From the NCBI RefSeq assembly GCF_963921235.1, contig NC_086107.1, positions 96,288,001 to 96,352,000 of the forward strand: a stretch of 64,000 nt of DNA, given 5' to 3'. The notes under the pieces are model-generated. The model was not told the DNA's origin, did no database searches, and saw only the letters and a program-made list of their open reading frames with translations. This document shows positions 11,600 through 23,069 of the stretch, in pieces. The DNA comes from Mobula hypostoma. Its lineage: Eukaryota. The number at the start of each line of letters is the position of its first letter. Position 1 is the stretch's first letter. Position numbers and translations under genes: made by a program.

Positions 11600-14540
11600 A
11601 TTGTGATCGGTTTGCATTATTCCTAATAAAAGCCTGGGACTGGGGAACAAAAAGTGGATATTAGTTTATCTTATAGTGCAGTTTATTGCCAATATAGAAT
11701 TCATATTATAATCCCAGTGCTTAAATAGATAAGATACTTCTCATGAACTTCTACTTACTGTAATTTTTGTATAAAGTACCAACCAATGAGGATTCAATGG
11801 GTGGGGTGTAAGGAAAGAGTTAAATGTGATTCCTCGGTATACGTGAAAATAAAATGGAAGTCTGTGAAGACAAAATGCTGTTTGTTTGGAGTGGGATTGT
11901 TCTGAGAAAGCACAAGAGGCCCAGTCCACAGCAATGTCTTGAGAAAGTTCAGGAGTGTAAGTCTACAGCCATAACAGTAGATAATGGTGAAAAACATGAT
12001 TGCCTGGGTGAGTCTTTTTATTTAATCTGATTGCAGTGTTTCCACTGGCTGCCTCGTAGGGTCTGCACACAGACAGGTGACACTGGTCAGCAACATGACC
12101 TGTGGTCCAATAAACCTGAACCCTGACTTTACCGACAGCTCCCTGACCACGACATCTACCCGATAGTGGGAGGATTATCTTCTCTCCCTCTGATCAGCAA
12201 TGTGTTGCTGCTGTTTTGCCCTGCCCTGCCCCGCCCCTCAACATTTCCTGGTTTCAGCATTTCTTTACCTACTGGGTCATTTTATCTCTAAGTTCTGTAA
12301 TCAGCCCATAAGGGAGTCAGGTTACTCACCCCATCAGTACCTGGTTGCTTGCAGTCTCATCAGGATTCTGGCAGTATGTTAACCCTTGTTTTTTCCTGTC
12401 TCTCTGCTTTAGCTCAGGCAGCTTTGACTGTTTGGTTCACCCTTTGTACCATTCCTGAGTTGAAGGTGATAGGGTACCAGGAAATGTCAAATTTCTGGCA
12501 GTTTGCAAATTTCCTTCATCACTTTCCCTGTGAAATGTGTCCCATTCCAAATCCACCTGGGCTGAAGTTCCCCACCTGGGGAGAATTTCCTGAATGGGAA
12601 TCCGTGCCCGTGCTGGTGGAACAAACTCTTGTCAGGAAAGCGTCAAACCACCGGCTGAAATGACCCATCACCACCGGGATTGCCCCCCTGCTCTTATTGC
12701 TCCGAGATCTGCCCACTCAATTCCTTTCTGCTCCTTACTTTCATCTTCCTATTGCACCTCTGATTTAATTGCTGCTATCTCTGCTGGCAGCTTGACTGCT
12801 TCTAACACTTGTCTTGTGTCTGACCCCTATCACTGAGACCTCCAGGCACGATTCACATACATTGTCCCGAGACCCATCCCTGCCTGGGCCATGTTGTCTG
12901 CTCCGTGGATCATACATTCGCCGTCTCTGTCTTGTCTGTGTTGTTTCTCCCCTTCCTGAGTCTATGATAGCCTCTGGCTTACTTAGTGTGTCTATCTCCA
13001 GGAGAGTACCTCACTGTTTACACATACCCAAATATCCACTGGAAGTTGCACTCCCTCTATGTCAAGTACCTGAGTCTCACTTCACTATGTCCTCTCCCTT
13101 GTACTGGTAATGAAAGTGGCCTCTCCAGTCATGGAGAAGGGTAGATCAGTTATCCATACTGATGACCTTGTGTCCACGAACAGATCACATTGCTGGCCCC
13201 TAAATTAACCTTCCGTGTCTATCGGTAGGTGACTAGTACTGGCAATGGGGGCCGGCACCAGGAGTGTGTCTGACCTGGGGACCGTCCTCACTGGCTCTCT
13301 GATCTGGTCAGCAGCGAGAGGGTACTGCTGTGGTTTCTGTCTCTCACACTCCCTCTCTTAATAGGACACCAATTCCTAGACTGTCCAGAGAGGCCACAGC
13401 TAAAATGATCTTCTTTACCCTCTCTATCTATTCGGGCAGTCACTTGCTAGAATTCCAGCTGCTGGCACACATAGCAAATCCTCTGTATCCTCACAGCAGC
13501 TACATTCACTACACCCACCATCCAAATTCTCTTCCCTCTCCTCTGGTCTGACTCCCCAGCCCAAGTTCGATATGTATGGTGCATGGTGGATTCATAAGCA
13601 TTCTGAACCACTGATGTTATCATTCCCCAGTTACTCTCACCTCCCCCTTAAAGCAGCGATATCTCTCCTTGTTAATGGAGTCATTACCTGGGGACCATCT
13701 GCACTCACTGGGCCACTCTGTCCCACATATTCCTCCAGCATTTAGCTTCAACCAACACCAAAAATCTTTGGCACATATTTGGTGAATTTCTTTTAAGTTT
13801 GCAATGTAAATCTACTTTCCCATGAGCAAATTTAAGTGACGGCAGTTCAGAAAAAATGTTCTGCCTTTGCCTGGGGTGAAGGATCTGTGAATTGTAGTTA
13901 CCGTGTTGGGAGCCGGCCGGAGTCAGCCAGATTCTTTACCTGCTGTTGTTTGACCTCAAGTGTACTATTGGCACTAATATCTCTGGCTAGAAAATCTTCT
14001 ACAAATATCTCCACACCAATTCCCATATCAAACAAGGGACAAGGGAAGAGTTAATCTAAAACAGCCCATACTTAATACCCAAGAGTCTGTAGTCTCCAAT
14101 CTCCCACTTCTTTACCACTGAACTCATGACAGCCTTTGTATTCCCTTCTATATAAAACTTGTTGCCACACAGTCTCAAATTTATTTGTCACATACAAATG
14201 CTGAATAGAGCTGCAACCAGACCACCGAATGCTCGCCATACTCCTTCCCTTCCAGGCCCTACGCTGCACGCACTGTCCCTTGCAGCTGCTGCCGTTCCCA
14301 CCCGCTAGCGAGTGTCGGGCCCAGCAGTCACACAGGCCCATCTCCTGGACTCATGCCAATTTTACAAAGCGATGGACCAACGAGTTATGCAAGCCAGTGC
14401 CAACTGTCAGCAGCCACCGTGTGCAGATGCCTATGAGAGTTCAGTGGGCCTCTCATGGGTTGGCGTCAGCACACTTTGATCTTTCTCTATTCTAAAGTGT
14501 TCCCTGCCAAGTGGCAGTGGTAACCACAGACTTTGGTGGG
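11600..14540 (-). mobile_element. Highly decayed LTR-retrotransposon internal region (tentative)
   Basis: No open ORF; 12030-12520 shares colinear blocks with 24300-24690, which lies in sequence attached to an LTR-like repeat; boundaries approximate. Confidence 0.35.
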
Positions 14541-14544
14541 TTTG

Positions 14545-15380
14545 GTCACATCCTCAATTGTTGCTTTGGTCACCTACCAACAGGAAAGATATCAGTAAGC
14601 TTGAAAGAGTGCAGAGAATATTTACAAGGATGTTGTTGTGTGAATGAAGTCACCGGAGAAAATTACTGGTCGATACCAAGCAGCTTCTTTATTCGACAAA
14701 ACCAGGTACACCAGGCATCATACAGAGATGCTTTCAGTGGAAAGGTCTGCTGGCCCAGCTCCATATTTTATGTACCAAACATCAAATGACAACTCCATAT
14801 TTACAATGTATGGCCAATGCTTTCTTTGAAACTACATACAACCTTCACACCTCCTGAATCACATCCACACCACAGACATCCAAATGAATTTCAATTCAAT
14901 TCAGCATTGTTGGGACTGGGATTCACAGATTTTATGGTCCCATTATTCAGAGCTGCACTCCCAATTAAATGTACAATACATTTTCAGATGTGAAGACTGG
15001 TAGCCAAAGTCAATTGTTAAATGTATATGTCCTAACCCAAAAAATGACTCCAGCACAAGGATGTTGCCGGGACTTGAGGACCTGAGTTATAGGGAAAGAT
15101 TGAATAGGTTGGACTTATTTGCTACAGAATTTTGTAGGAGAATGAGGGGAGATTTGACCGAGGTATACAAAATTATGAAGTGTATAGACAAGAGTAAGTG
15201 CAAGCAGGCTTTTCCCACTGAGGCTGGGTGAGACTAGAACTAGAGGTCACGGGTTAGGGGTGAAACTCTTCAGGGGAAAATAAAAAGAATTTCTTCACTC
15301 AGGGTGGTGAGAGTAGGAAGTGAGCTGCCAGTGGAAGTAGTGGATGCGGGCTGAATTGCAACGTCAGAGAAACTTGGATT
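14545..15380 (+). mobile_element. CR1 3' fragment interrupted by a solo LTR
   Basis: Reads LERVQRIFTR|MLPGLEDLSYRERLNRL across the 14631-15057 insertion. Confidence 0.8.
14631..15057 (-). repeat. Solo LTR
   Basis: TGT...ACA termini with 4 bp TSD AGGA (14627-14630, 15058-15061); minus-strand AATAAA; similar to 23070-23479. Confidence 0.7.
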
Positions 15381-16282
15381 AAGTGTTTTTAATTACTTAG
15401 AATCTTTTAGAGTGGGTTTCAATAGTTTTAATATTTAATAATGACTTTGATAGTGCTCAGTGAGTTGTAATATTAATTTTAGGTGTGTTGACATTGTTAA
15501 CTGTCACATAACGAGGGTAGTAATGATGATATTATTAATAATGTTAATGAAGTTAGTAAAATAGAGATAGCAATCTGGGAAGATGGTAGTCTGGTGGGCA
15601 CTGGAGGTAGGTGTAATAGTGACAAAGACCAAACACATATTGTCAGTAGTGAGGTTGCAATTGTATACCCTAGAAGGAGTTTTAATCATACTTTTGTAAG
15701 GAAGATTTTCACTGCTCTTAATGCTTTGAAGAAGCACGTTGATCGGGCTCACAGTACTGTTTTAAAAGTGCAATGGTAGCTGCTGTAAATGGGATGATTA
15801 TCACCAATTGCCTGTCCGGCCTGCACTTGCAGGCAGCCTCCAGCCAGCTAATAACAGTCACCTGCCAGTTATTTTTAACTCATCTCCTGCAGCCTATTTA
15901 ACTGAGCTCTCATCCACAATCCTTGTTCACTCATTGAATCAGCTGCTCTTAGCCTTCAGTTATGTTGTTGACTGTGGTGATTAGTATCTGTTCTCTCTCA
16001 TTTTGTAGCATCCACCCTGTGGCCTGTTATTTTGCAATTTCTTATTCCAGTTATTGCTTGCTGCTAAATCATCTCTGATGCTTTGCTTTTGGGTCAAGTT
16101 GTTGAGTATTTATAATTCCAGTAAAATGTGTAATATTCAAAATACGTTTGATTAAGCATTCTTTGTTTACACAATGCACTGCAGGTTATATGTAAAAGTA
16201 TGTGAATGGCATACATCACCATGCCACCACATCATATGTATGTGCCTTGCTTGAAGTAAACAAAACTAAGACATGCATCTCT

Positions 16283-17194
16283 ACACGACTCCCTTGTCCA
16301 TTCGTCCCCCCCCCCGCCCCATCCCTTCCCACCGATTTCCCTCCCGGCACTTATCATTGTAAGTGGAACAAGTGCTACACATGCCCTTACACTTCCTCCC
16401 TCACCACCATTCAGGGCCCCAGACAGTCCTTCCAGGTGAGGCGACACTTCACCTGTGAGTTAGCTGGGATGATATACTGCGTCCGCTGCTCCCGATGCGG
16501 CCTATATATTGGCGAGACCCGACACAGGCTGGGAGACTGTTTCGCTGAAGACCTACGCCCTGTCCGCCAGAAAAAGCAGGATCTCATAGTGGCCAAATAT
16601 TTTAATTTCACGTCCCATTCCCATTTTGATATGTCTATCCATGGCCTCCTCTACTGTAAAGATGAAGACACACTCAGGTTGGAGGAACAACACCTTATAT
16701 TCCGTCTGTGTAGCCTCCAACCTGATGGCATGAACATTAACTTCTCTAACTTCCGTTAATGCCCCACCTCCCCCTCGTACCCCATCCATTATTTATTATT
16801 ATTATTATTATATACATATATATATTTTTCTCTTTTTCTCCCTCTGTCCCTCTCACTATACTCCCTGCCCATCCTCTGGGATTCCCCTCTCTTTCTTTCT
16901 TTCTCCCTGGGCCTCCTGTCCCATGATCCTCTCATATCCCTTTTGCCAATCACCTGTCCAGCTCTTGGCTCCATCCCTCCCGCTCCTGTCTTCTCCTGTC
17001 ATTTTGGATCTCCCCCTCCCCCTCCCACTTTCAAATCTCTTACTAGCTCTTCTTTCAGTTAGTCCTGACGAAGGGTCTCGGCCTGAAACGTCGACTGTAC
17101 CTCTTCCTAGAGATGCTGTCTGGCCTGCTGCGTTCACCAGCAACTTTTAAGTGTGTTGCTTGAAATTCCAGCATCTACAGATTTCCTCATGCAT
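16283..17194 (+). mobile_element. Penelope-like element 3' part (GIY-YIG plus pseudo-LTR)
   Basis: ORF 16202..16759 with CKWNKCYTC and IYCVRCSRCGLYIGET; pLTR closely similar to 7889-8137; possible TSD ACATGC(A/T)TCTCT at 16271 and 17195. Confidence 0.9.
17061..17096 (+). ncRNA. Minimal type I hammerhead ribozyme
   Basis: Same sequence as 8040-8075. Confidence 0.85.
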
Positions 17195-18255
17195 ACATGC
17201 TTCTCTCTTGTTTTCCTTTTAATCTTAGGTTTTGGAGTTACAAAACACACAGTCGTGAGCAGTTCTAAAATGAACCCAAGATGGCTATCTATCTGTTGAA
17301 GGACAGCAAGATGTTCCAAGTTTAAAACAAAACATTGTACATCTGTCTTTTGAATTGGGAGAGAAAAATGACATTTGCAATTTTCCAGTCCTCTGGAACC
17401 ATGGTAAAATCTAGTGATTAAAAGATGCCTTCCACAATCTCTTCAGCTATCTGGTACAGGTGACTCAACTCCCTTCAGACTTTACAGTTTCCCAAGCACC
17501 TTCTCTCTAGCAATAGTAACTGCACTCACTTCTACCCCGTCACTCTTGAACATCTGGCATGCTGTAGTGTCTTCCACAGTGAAGATTGATGCAAAATACT
17601 TATTCAGTTTTTCCACCATATCCTTGTCCCCATTACTAGCTCTGCGGTGTCATTTTCCTTTTTTTTTTAATTTTATTTTTATTTGGATAAGGAATTCACA
17701 ATTATCGTGTACTTTTTTCACACATATAACCTTTTCCATTTTTTTATATGTACAAAACCACAATTATTTATACATTCTTAAGTAGACATTGAGATGATAT
17801 AAAAGGAAAATAAACATTTAAATAGATAATTATGTACTGTGATAAATCTAACCTATTAGGCTAAGTAATGAAATTAGTTGTTAAGAAAAATGGTAATAAT
17901 AGTTTCCATACAACCCTTCTGGACCATTTCCACTGGTCCAAAATGTTGCATACAAGCCTATATACCAACCATTGTCGGTGTTTATATCCCAATTTGTTCG
18001 TGCTTGTTCCTGCCCGCAGACATAATTATCCAATCCCTATGTACTTATTTACTTAATTTTTTCATTTTTTTTAATCCCTTTCCCAAATCTTTCCCTTTAC
18101 TTGTGTTAATTCTCTATTTTCCAAAAAAGAACAACAAACATTTAGACTAGGGGTGCTTATGTTAGCAATATTACTGTGTTGATGAGAAGAGCAATATAAA
18201 TCATTAGGAGAGTCATCTAAAGTCTGCTCGCATTGGGGTTATATATTCAATCCAT

Positions 18256-19035
18256 TTATTCCAGATTTGATAAAATATGTGAGTTTAGCCTCCATAGTGT
18301 TTTCCTCATTTTCCTTTCCAGGATTAGAGACATAGAGACTGGGCTATGATCCGACAGATCAATTGTTGCAATATTACAGTTTTTTATCCTGAGTCTATCT
18401 GTATTTAAGATAAAGAAATAGTCTATCCTTGAATAGGCTGAATGAGGGAAAGAGTAATATGTATAATCTTTACTAGTAGGGTGTAATTCCCTCCAGACAT
18501 CTATAATTCCCAACTCCTCCATCAATGAATTCACTTTCCGAGTCAGAGGTTTATTCTGAGTAACTATTCTTGAAGAATCTAATATAGGATTTAATCTAAT
18601 ATTAAAATCCCCTCCACAAATTACTACCCCTCGAGAACTGACCATTAGGTCAAAAATGTGTCTATAAAATGACCATTCACTATCTGGAGGAGCATAAACA
18701 TTCAGCAATGTTATTTCTGTACCTTCTATTCTTCCTGTGATTTTTACAAACCGTCCTTCTTTGTCTCTAGTCTCTGAAATATGTTCATAATTAAGAGTAC
18801 TTGATATTAAAGTAGCTACCCCTCTTTTGTGACTCAATTTATATGATGAATAAAATACATGCTTAAAGCCCATTCTTTTTAATTTTCCATGTTCAGATTG
18901 GCTCATATGTGTTTCCTGGAGGAAAGCTATTTGTGCCCTCTCTTTTTTCAATTTAGACATAATCTTATTTCTTTTAATTGGATTCAAAACCCCATTAACA
19001 TTATAGGAAATTATTTTTACCAATTCAGTTTGCAT
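18256..19035 (-). CDS. L1 ORF2 APE endonuclease domain only, 259 aa uninterrupted
   Basis: SYNVNG, LQETH, NVYAP, GGDFN, YSRIDY, LSDHSPV, WRLN, then a stop just after the deletion junction. Confidence 0.88.
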   Translation of the reverse strand: MQTELVKIISYNVNGVLNPIKRNKIMSKLKKERAQIAFLQETHMSQSEHGKLKRMGFKHVFYSSYKLSHKRGVATLISSTLNYEHISETRDKEGRFVKITGRIEGTEITLLNVYAPPDSEWSFYRHIFDLMVSSRGVVICGGDFNIRLNPILDSSRIVTQNKPLTRKVNSLMEELGIIDVWRELHPTSKDYTYYSFPHSAYSRIDYFFILNTDRLRIKNCNIATIDLSDHSPVSMSLILERKMRKTLWRLNSHILSNLE

Positions 19036-19397
19036 TTTTCTCTAGTAGAAAAAAAGCACTCTCCTTTTCTAACCAAACAGTAAGCAATCCCTTCTCAACA
19101 GTAAATCAAGACATATAACCACACCCTAGACATTTCTGAACGTATAACATTTGAAAATTTTCCCCGACTTCCCACAGTGAGGCCTGAGCACCGACCCGCC
19201 TCAGTTCAGAGGGATAACCTCTATCTTCACCCTGTGTTAGAGGGCCCTCAGCAGTTTGAATAATCATAGAGAATTTTCTCCTATTTATGTCTCCACCATA
19301 TTGCTATCATTCAAGTTATTCTGCCTAGTTTATTTTCAGTTACCAGTTTTCATTTTACTTTTAAGTCCGATTTACTCTTTTCAGTCATTTCTCTTAA

Positions 19398-20384
19398 TTA
19401 ATCTGTATTCTCTGTACATTCGCCTCTGAATATTTGCAGCTTTTCCTTGTAGTTTGACACTCTGGTTCGAGTGGACCGTCCTCGTCCCACTAACTGCCAC
19501 GACTTCAGCCGAATCCTCTCCAGTAGCGACTCCGGTTGGGTGATAACTTTAATAGGTAGTCCCCGGTCCGCCAGGTCCGACGTTGCCTCCTCCACCGTAG
19601 CGTAAGTTTTTGTCCCTTCGTCGTAAAAGACTCTCAGCCGAGCTGGATACAGGGTCTGGAATCTGATGTTGTTTTCCTTCAGGACTCTCCGTGTTTCCGT
19701 ATATTCCTTGCATCTGGCAAGAATCCCCGGTGCGTAGTCGTGGTCTAAACTGATTTTGCAGTTGTTCCACATGAAACCTTTCTTTTGCCATGCTCTTTTA
19801 AGCACCTCTTCCTTCGTTCTGTAACTGAGAAATCTGATCAGAATCGATCTGGGCTGGGCGCCTGCCGGAGGCTGTGGTGCCAACGCACGGTGAGCCCTTT
19901 CTATCTGTAGGTCTTTTGCGGCCAGTATATCAAGGTTCTCTCTAAGCAGCTTCTCCACGAAGGGAATCATCAATCCGGGTTTACCTTCGGTTCCTTCGGG
20001 AACTCCGTAGATCCTCACATTTTCCCTTCTCGAGCGGCCTTCTTGATCTATTAGTTTCCACTGGAGTTGGTCCTGTAGCTCCAGCATTTCTGCTATCACT
20101 TCCTCTGCGTTTTGTAGCTTCTCTTCAATTCCAACAATCCTCGCTTCGGCTTCATCTATCCGCGAGTTAGTTTTTACTATTTCTCCTTTAATATCTTCCA
20201 GCTGTTTGCTGTTATCTTGTCGGAACTCGCGAATCTCTCCGAGAATCAAAGACAGAGTCACCGATTCCCCCTCATTATCTCCGTCCTGGCTTGCCGTGGG
20301 AGAGCTAGGCCCTTCGCCTTGCTGCGTCTCTTTATGTTTATCAGCCTTCGAAGCGGACTTTTTATTCTTGTTCTTAGACATCAT
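19398..20384 (-). CDS. L1 ORF1p (coiled coil, RRM, CTD), intact 328 aa
   Basis: RSRRENVRIYGVPE, IERAHRAL, PRSILIRF, LYPARLRV. Confidence 0.92.
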   Translation of the reverse strand: MMSKNKNKKSASKADKHKETQQGEGPSSPTASQDGDNEGESVTLSLILGEIREFRQDNSKQLEDIKGEIVKTNSRIDEAEARIVGIEEKLQNAEEVIAEMLELQDQLQWKLIDQEGRSRRENVRIYGVPEGTEGKPGLMIPFVEKLLRENLDILAAKDLQIERAHRALAPQPPAGAQPRSILIRFLSYRTKEEVLKRAWQKKGFMWNNCKISLDHDYAPGILARCKEYTETRRVLKENNIRFQTLYPARLRVFYDEGTKTYATVEEATSDLADRGLPIKVITQPESLLERIRLKSWQLVGRGRSTRTRVSNYKEKLQIFRGECTENTD

Positions 20385-21084
20385 CCTTGCCCCTTTTATT
20401 AATATAGTTATGCAATATTAAGTATTTGTCTAAATTCGATTTTGGGGCAGTTTACCTTCTTTTTTGTCGAGAGACCTTTTCCTTACGCCGCCATTCCCTT
20501 TTCCCCATTTTCCTTTTTTTAATTGCCTTGGTTTTTGTAAGTTTCCCAATCCTCCAACTTCCCACTAATTTTTGCTCTATTATATGCCGTCACTTCTGCT
20601 TTTAAGTTTGCTTTGATTTCCCTTGTCTGTCACAGTTGTGTCATCCTGCCTTTCAAATACTTCTTCATCTTTGGGATCTATTTGCTCTGTGCCTTCTGAA
20701 TTGCTCCCAGATGCTCCAGCTATTGCTGCCCTGGCTTCATTCCTGCTACTGCACCCTCGCAATCAACTTTGGCCAGCTCCCCTCCCATGCATCCAATTCC
20801 CTTTACTCCATTGTAGTACTGATACATTTGACTTTAGCTTTTCCCTCTCAAATTGCAGGATGAATTTTATCATATTATCATCATTGCCTCATAAAGGATT
20901 CCTTTACCTTAAGCTCACTAATCAATTCCGGTTCATTGCACAACACCCAGTCCAGAATAGCTGATCTGCTCGCGGGCTCAACCATGAGCTGCTCTTAAAA
21001 AGTCATTTTGTATGTATCCTATAAATCCCCTCTTTTGGGATACAGCACCAAACTGCATGTTCAAATCCCCAGGACAGCTGCAAT

Positions 21085-22235
21085 GATGAGAAAGTAAGGA
21101 GGCATAGGATCCAAGGGGACCTTGCTTTGTGGATCCAGAACTGGCTTGCCCACAGAAGGCAAAAAGTGGTTGCAGACGGGTCATATTCTGCATGGAGGTC
21201 AGTGACCAGTGGTATGCCTCAGGAATCTGTTCTGGGAAGCCTTCTCTTTGTGATTTATTTATTTATTTATTCTCTCTCTTTTTTTTACAAATGACCTCGA
21301 TGAGGAAGTGGAGGGATGGATTAGTAAATTTGCTGATGACATGAAGGTTGGGGTTGTTGTGGATACTGTGGAGGGTAGTCAGAGGTTACAGCGGTACATT
21401 GATAGGATGCAAAACTGGGCAGAGAAGTGGCAGATGGAGTTCAACCCAGGTAAGTGTGAGGTAGTTCATTTTGGTAGGTCAAATATGATGGTAGAATATA
21501 GTATTAATGGTAAGACTCTTGGCAGTGTGGAGGATCAGATCTTGGGGTTCGAGTCCATAGGACACTCAAAGCTGGTACGCAGATTGACTCTGTGGTTAAG
21601 AAGGCATACGGTGCATTGGCATTCATCAACTGTGGGATTGAGTTGAAGAGCCGAGAGGTAATGTTGCAGCTATACAGGACCCTGGTCAGACCCCACTTGA
21701 AGTACTGTGCTCAGTTCTGGTCACCTCACTACAGAAGGATGTGGAAACTATAGAAGGGGTGTAGAGGAGATTTACAAGAATGTTGCCTGAATTGGGGAAC
21801 ATGGCTTTTGAGAATAGGTTGAGTGAACTTGGCTTTTTCTCCTTGGAGTGGCAGAGGATGAGGTGACCTGATAGAGGTGTATAAGATGAGAGGCATTGAT
21901 CCTGCGGATAGTCAGAGGCTTTTCCCAAGGCAGAAATGGGTAAAATGAGAGGGCACAGTTTTCAGGTGCTTGGAAGTAAGTACAGAGGAGATGTCAGGGT
22001 TAAGTTTTTTTTTAACGCAGAAAATGGTGAGTGCATGGAATGGGCTGCGAGCAACAATTGTGGAGGAGGATACAATAGGGTCTTTTAAGAGACTGTTGGA
22101 TAGGTAAATAGAGCTTAGAAAAATAGAGGGCTACAAGTAACCCTAGGTAATTTTTTAAGTAAGTACATGTTCGGCAGAGCATTGTGGACCGTAGGGCCTG
22201 TATTGTGCTGTATGTGTTCCGTGTTCTATGTTCTA
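21085..22235 (+). mobile_element. 5'-truncated CR1 3' fragment
   Basis: SKFADDMKVG, WAEKWQMEFN; (GTTCTAT)n-like tail at about 22222-22235. Confidence 0.88.
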
Positions 22236-22396
22236 AACACTGCCCTTTTTACATGCCTTTTCTATCTCCTGTTGTAAATTGTATCCCACCTCTTGGCTAT
22301 AGTTCAAAGGCCTGTATATAACTCTCTTTTTCCGCTTGTAATTTCTTAACTCTACCCACAAAGATTTTATATCTTCTGATCCTATGTCACCTCTAA

Positions 22397-22486
22397 GGAA
22401 CACACATAAAAGTTGCTGGTGAACGCAGCAGGCCAGGCAGCATCTCTAGGAAGAGGTGCAGTCAACGTTTCAGGCCGAGACCCTTC
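22397..22486 (-). mobile_element. ~90 bp PLE pseudo-LTR tail with a truncated hammerhead
   Basis: Matches 7163-7254; flanked by GTCACCTCTAA at 22386-22396 and 22487-22497. Confidence 0.8.
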
Positions 22487-23069
22487 GTCACCTCTAAAGA
22501 TTTGATTTCATTTTTTACCAACAGAGCCCTGCGCCCCCCTCTGCCTACCAGTCTATTCTTTCAATACAGTGTATGCTTGTATGTTAAGCTCCCAACTATA
22601 ATCATCTTTCAGCCACAACTCAGTGATGTCCACAACATCATACATTCCAATCTCTAAATGCACTACAAAATTATTTACCTTATTCCGTTTACTGCATGCA
22701 TTGAAATAGGTAACACGTTCAGCCCAGTATCGGTCTTCCTTTTTGATTTTGTCCCCTTTTTACACTGCAAATCATTCCACTGTTTATAAATTTACCCTAT
22801 CATCTGCCCATCCTTCCTGAATGTCTCACTATCCATGGTCAATGATGGTAAACCAATTGCCCTACCATTTTGGTTCCTACTGCCCTGCCAAATTAGTTTA
22901 AACCAACCCCAACAGCACAAGCAAACCTGCCTGCAAGGATGTTGATTGCCCCCCTTGTGTTCATCTGTAACCTGTCCCTTTTGTACAAGTCACACCTTCC
23001 CCAGAAGAGATTGTAATGATCCAGAAATCTGAAACCCTGCCCCCTGCATCAGATTCTTAGCCACACATT

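Larger units (their letters stand above)
17666..20505 (-). mobile_element. Internally deleted L1 (5' UTR, ORF1, endonuclease, ORF2 tail, 3' UTR, polyA; no RT)
   Basis: TSD CATTTTCCTTTTTTT at 17651-17665 and 20506-20520; A-tail at the left end; GGGAATGGCGGCG near the 5' end. Confidence 0.88.
17370..23069 (-). mobile_element. CR1 LINE (minus), broken by L1, CR1 and PLE insertions into 17370-17650, 20521-21070 and 22236-23069
   Basis: Reverse complement matches the CR1 at 2330-3875 (e.g. MVPEDWKIANV at 17370-17405; 22236-22320 vs 2885-2962). Confidence 0.78.

Noticed and set aside
15783..16270. LTR-like non-coding stretches
   Set aside because: I could not define termini or a TSD
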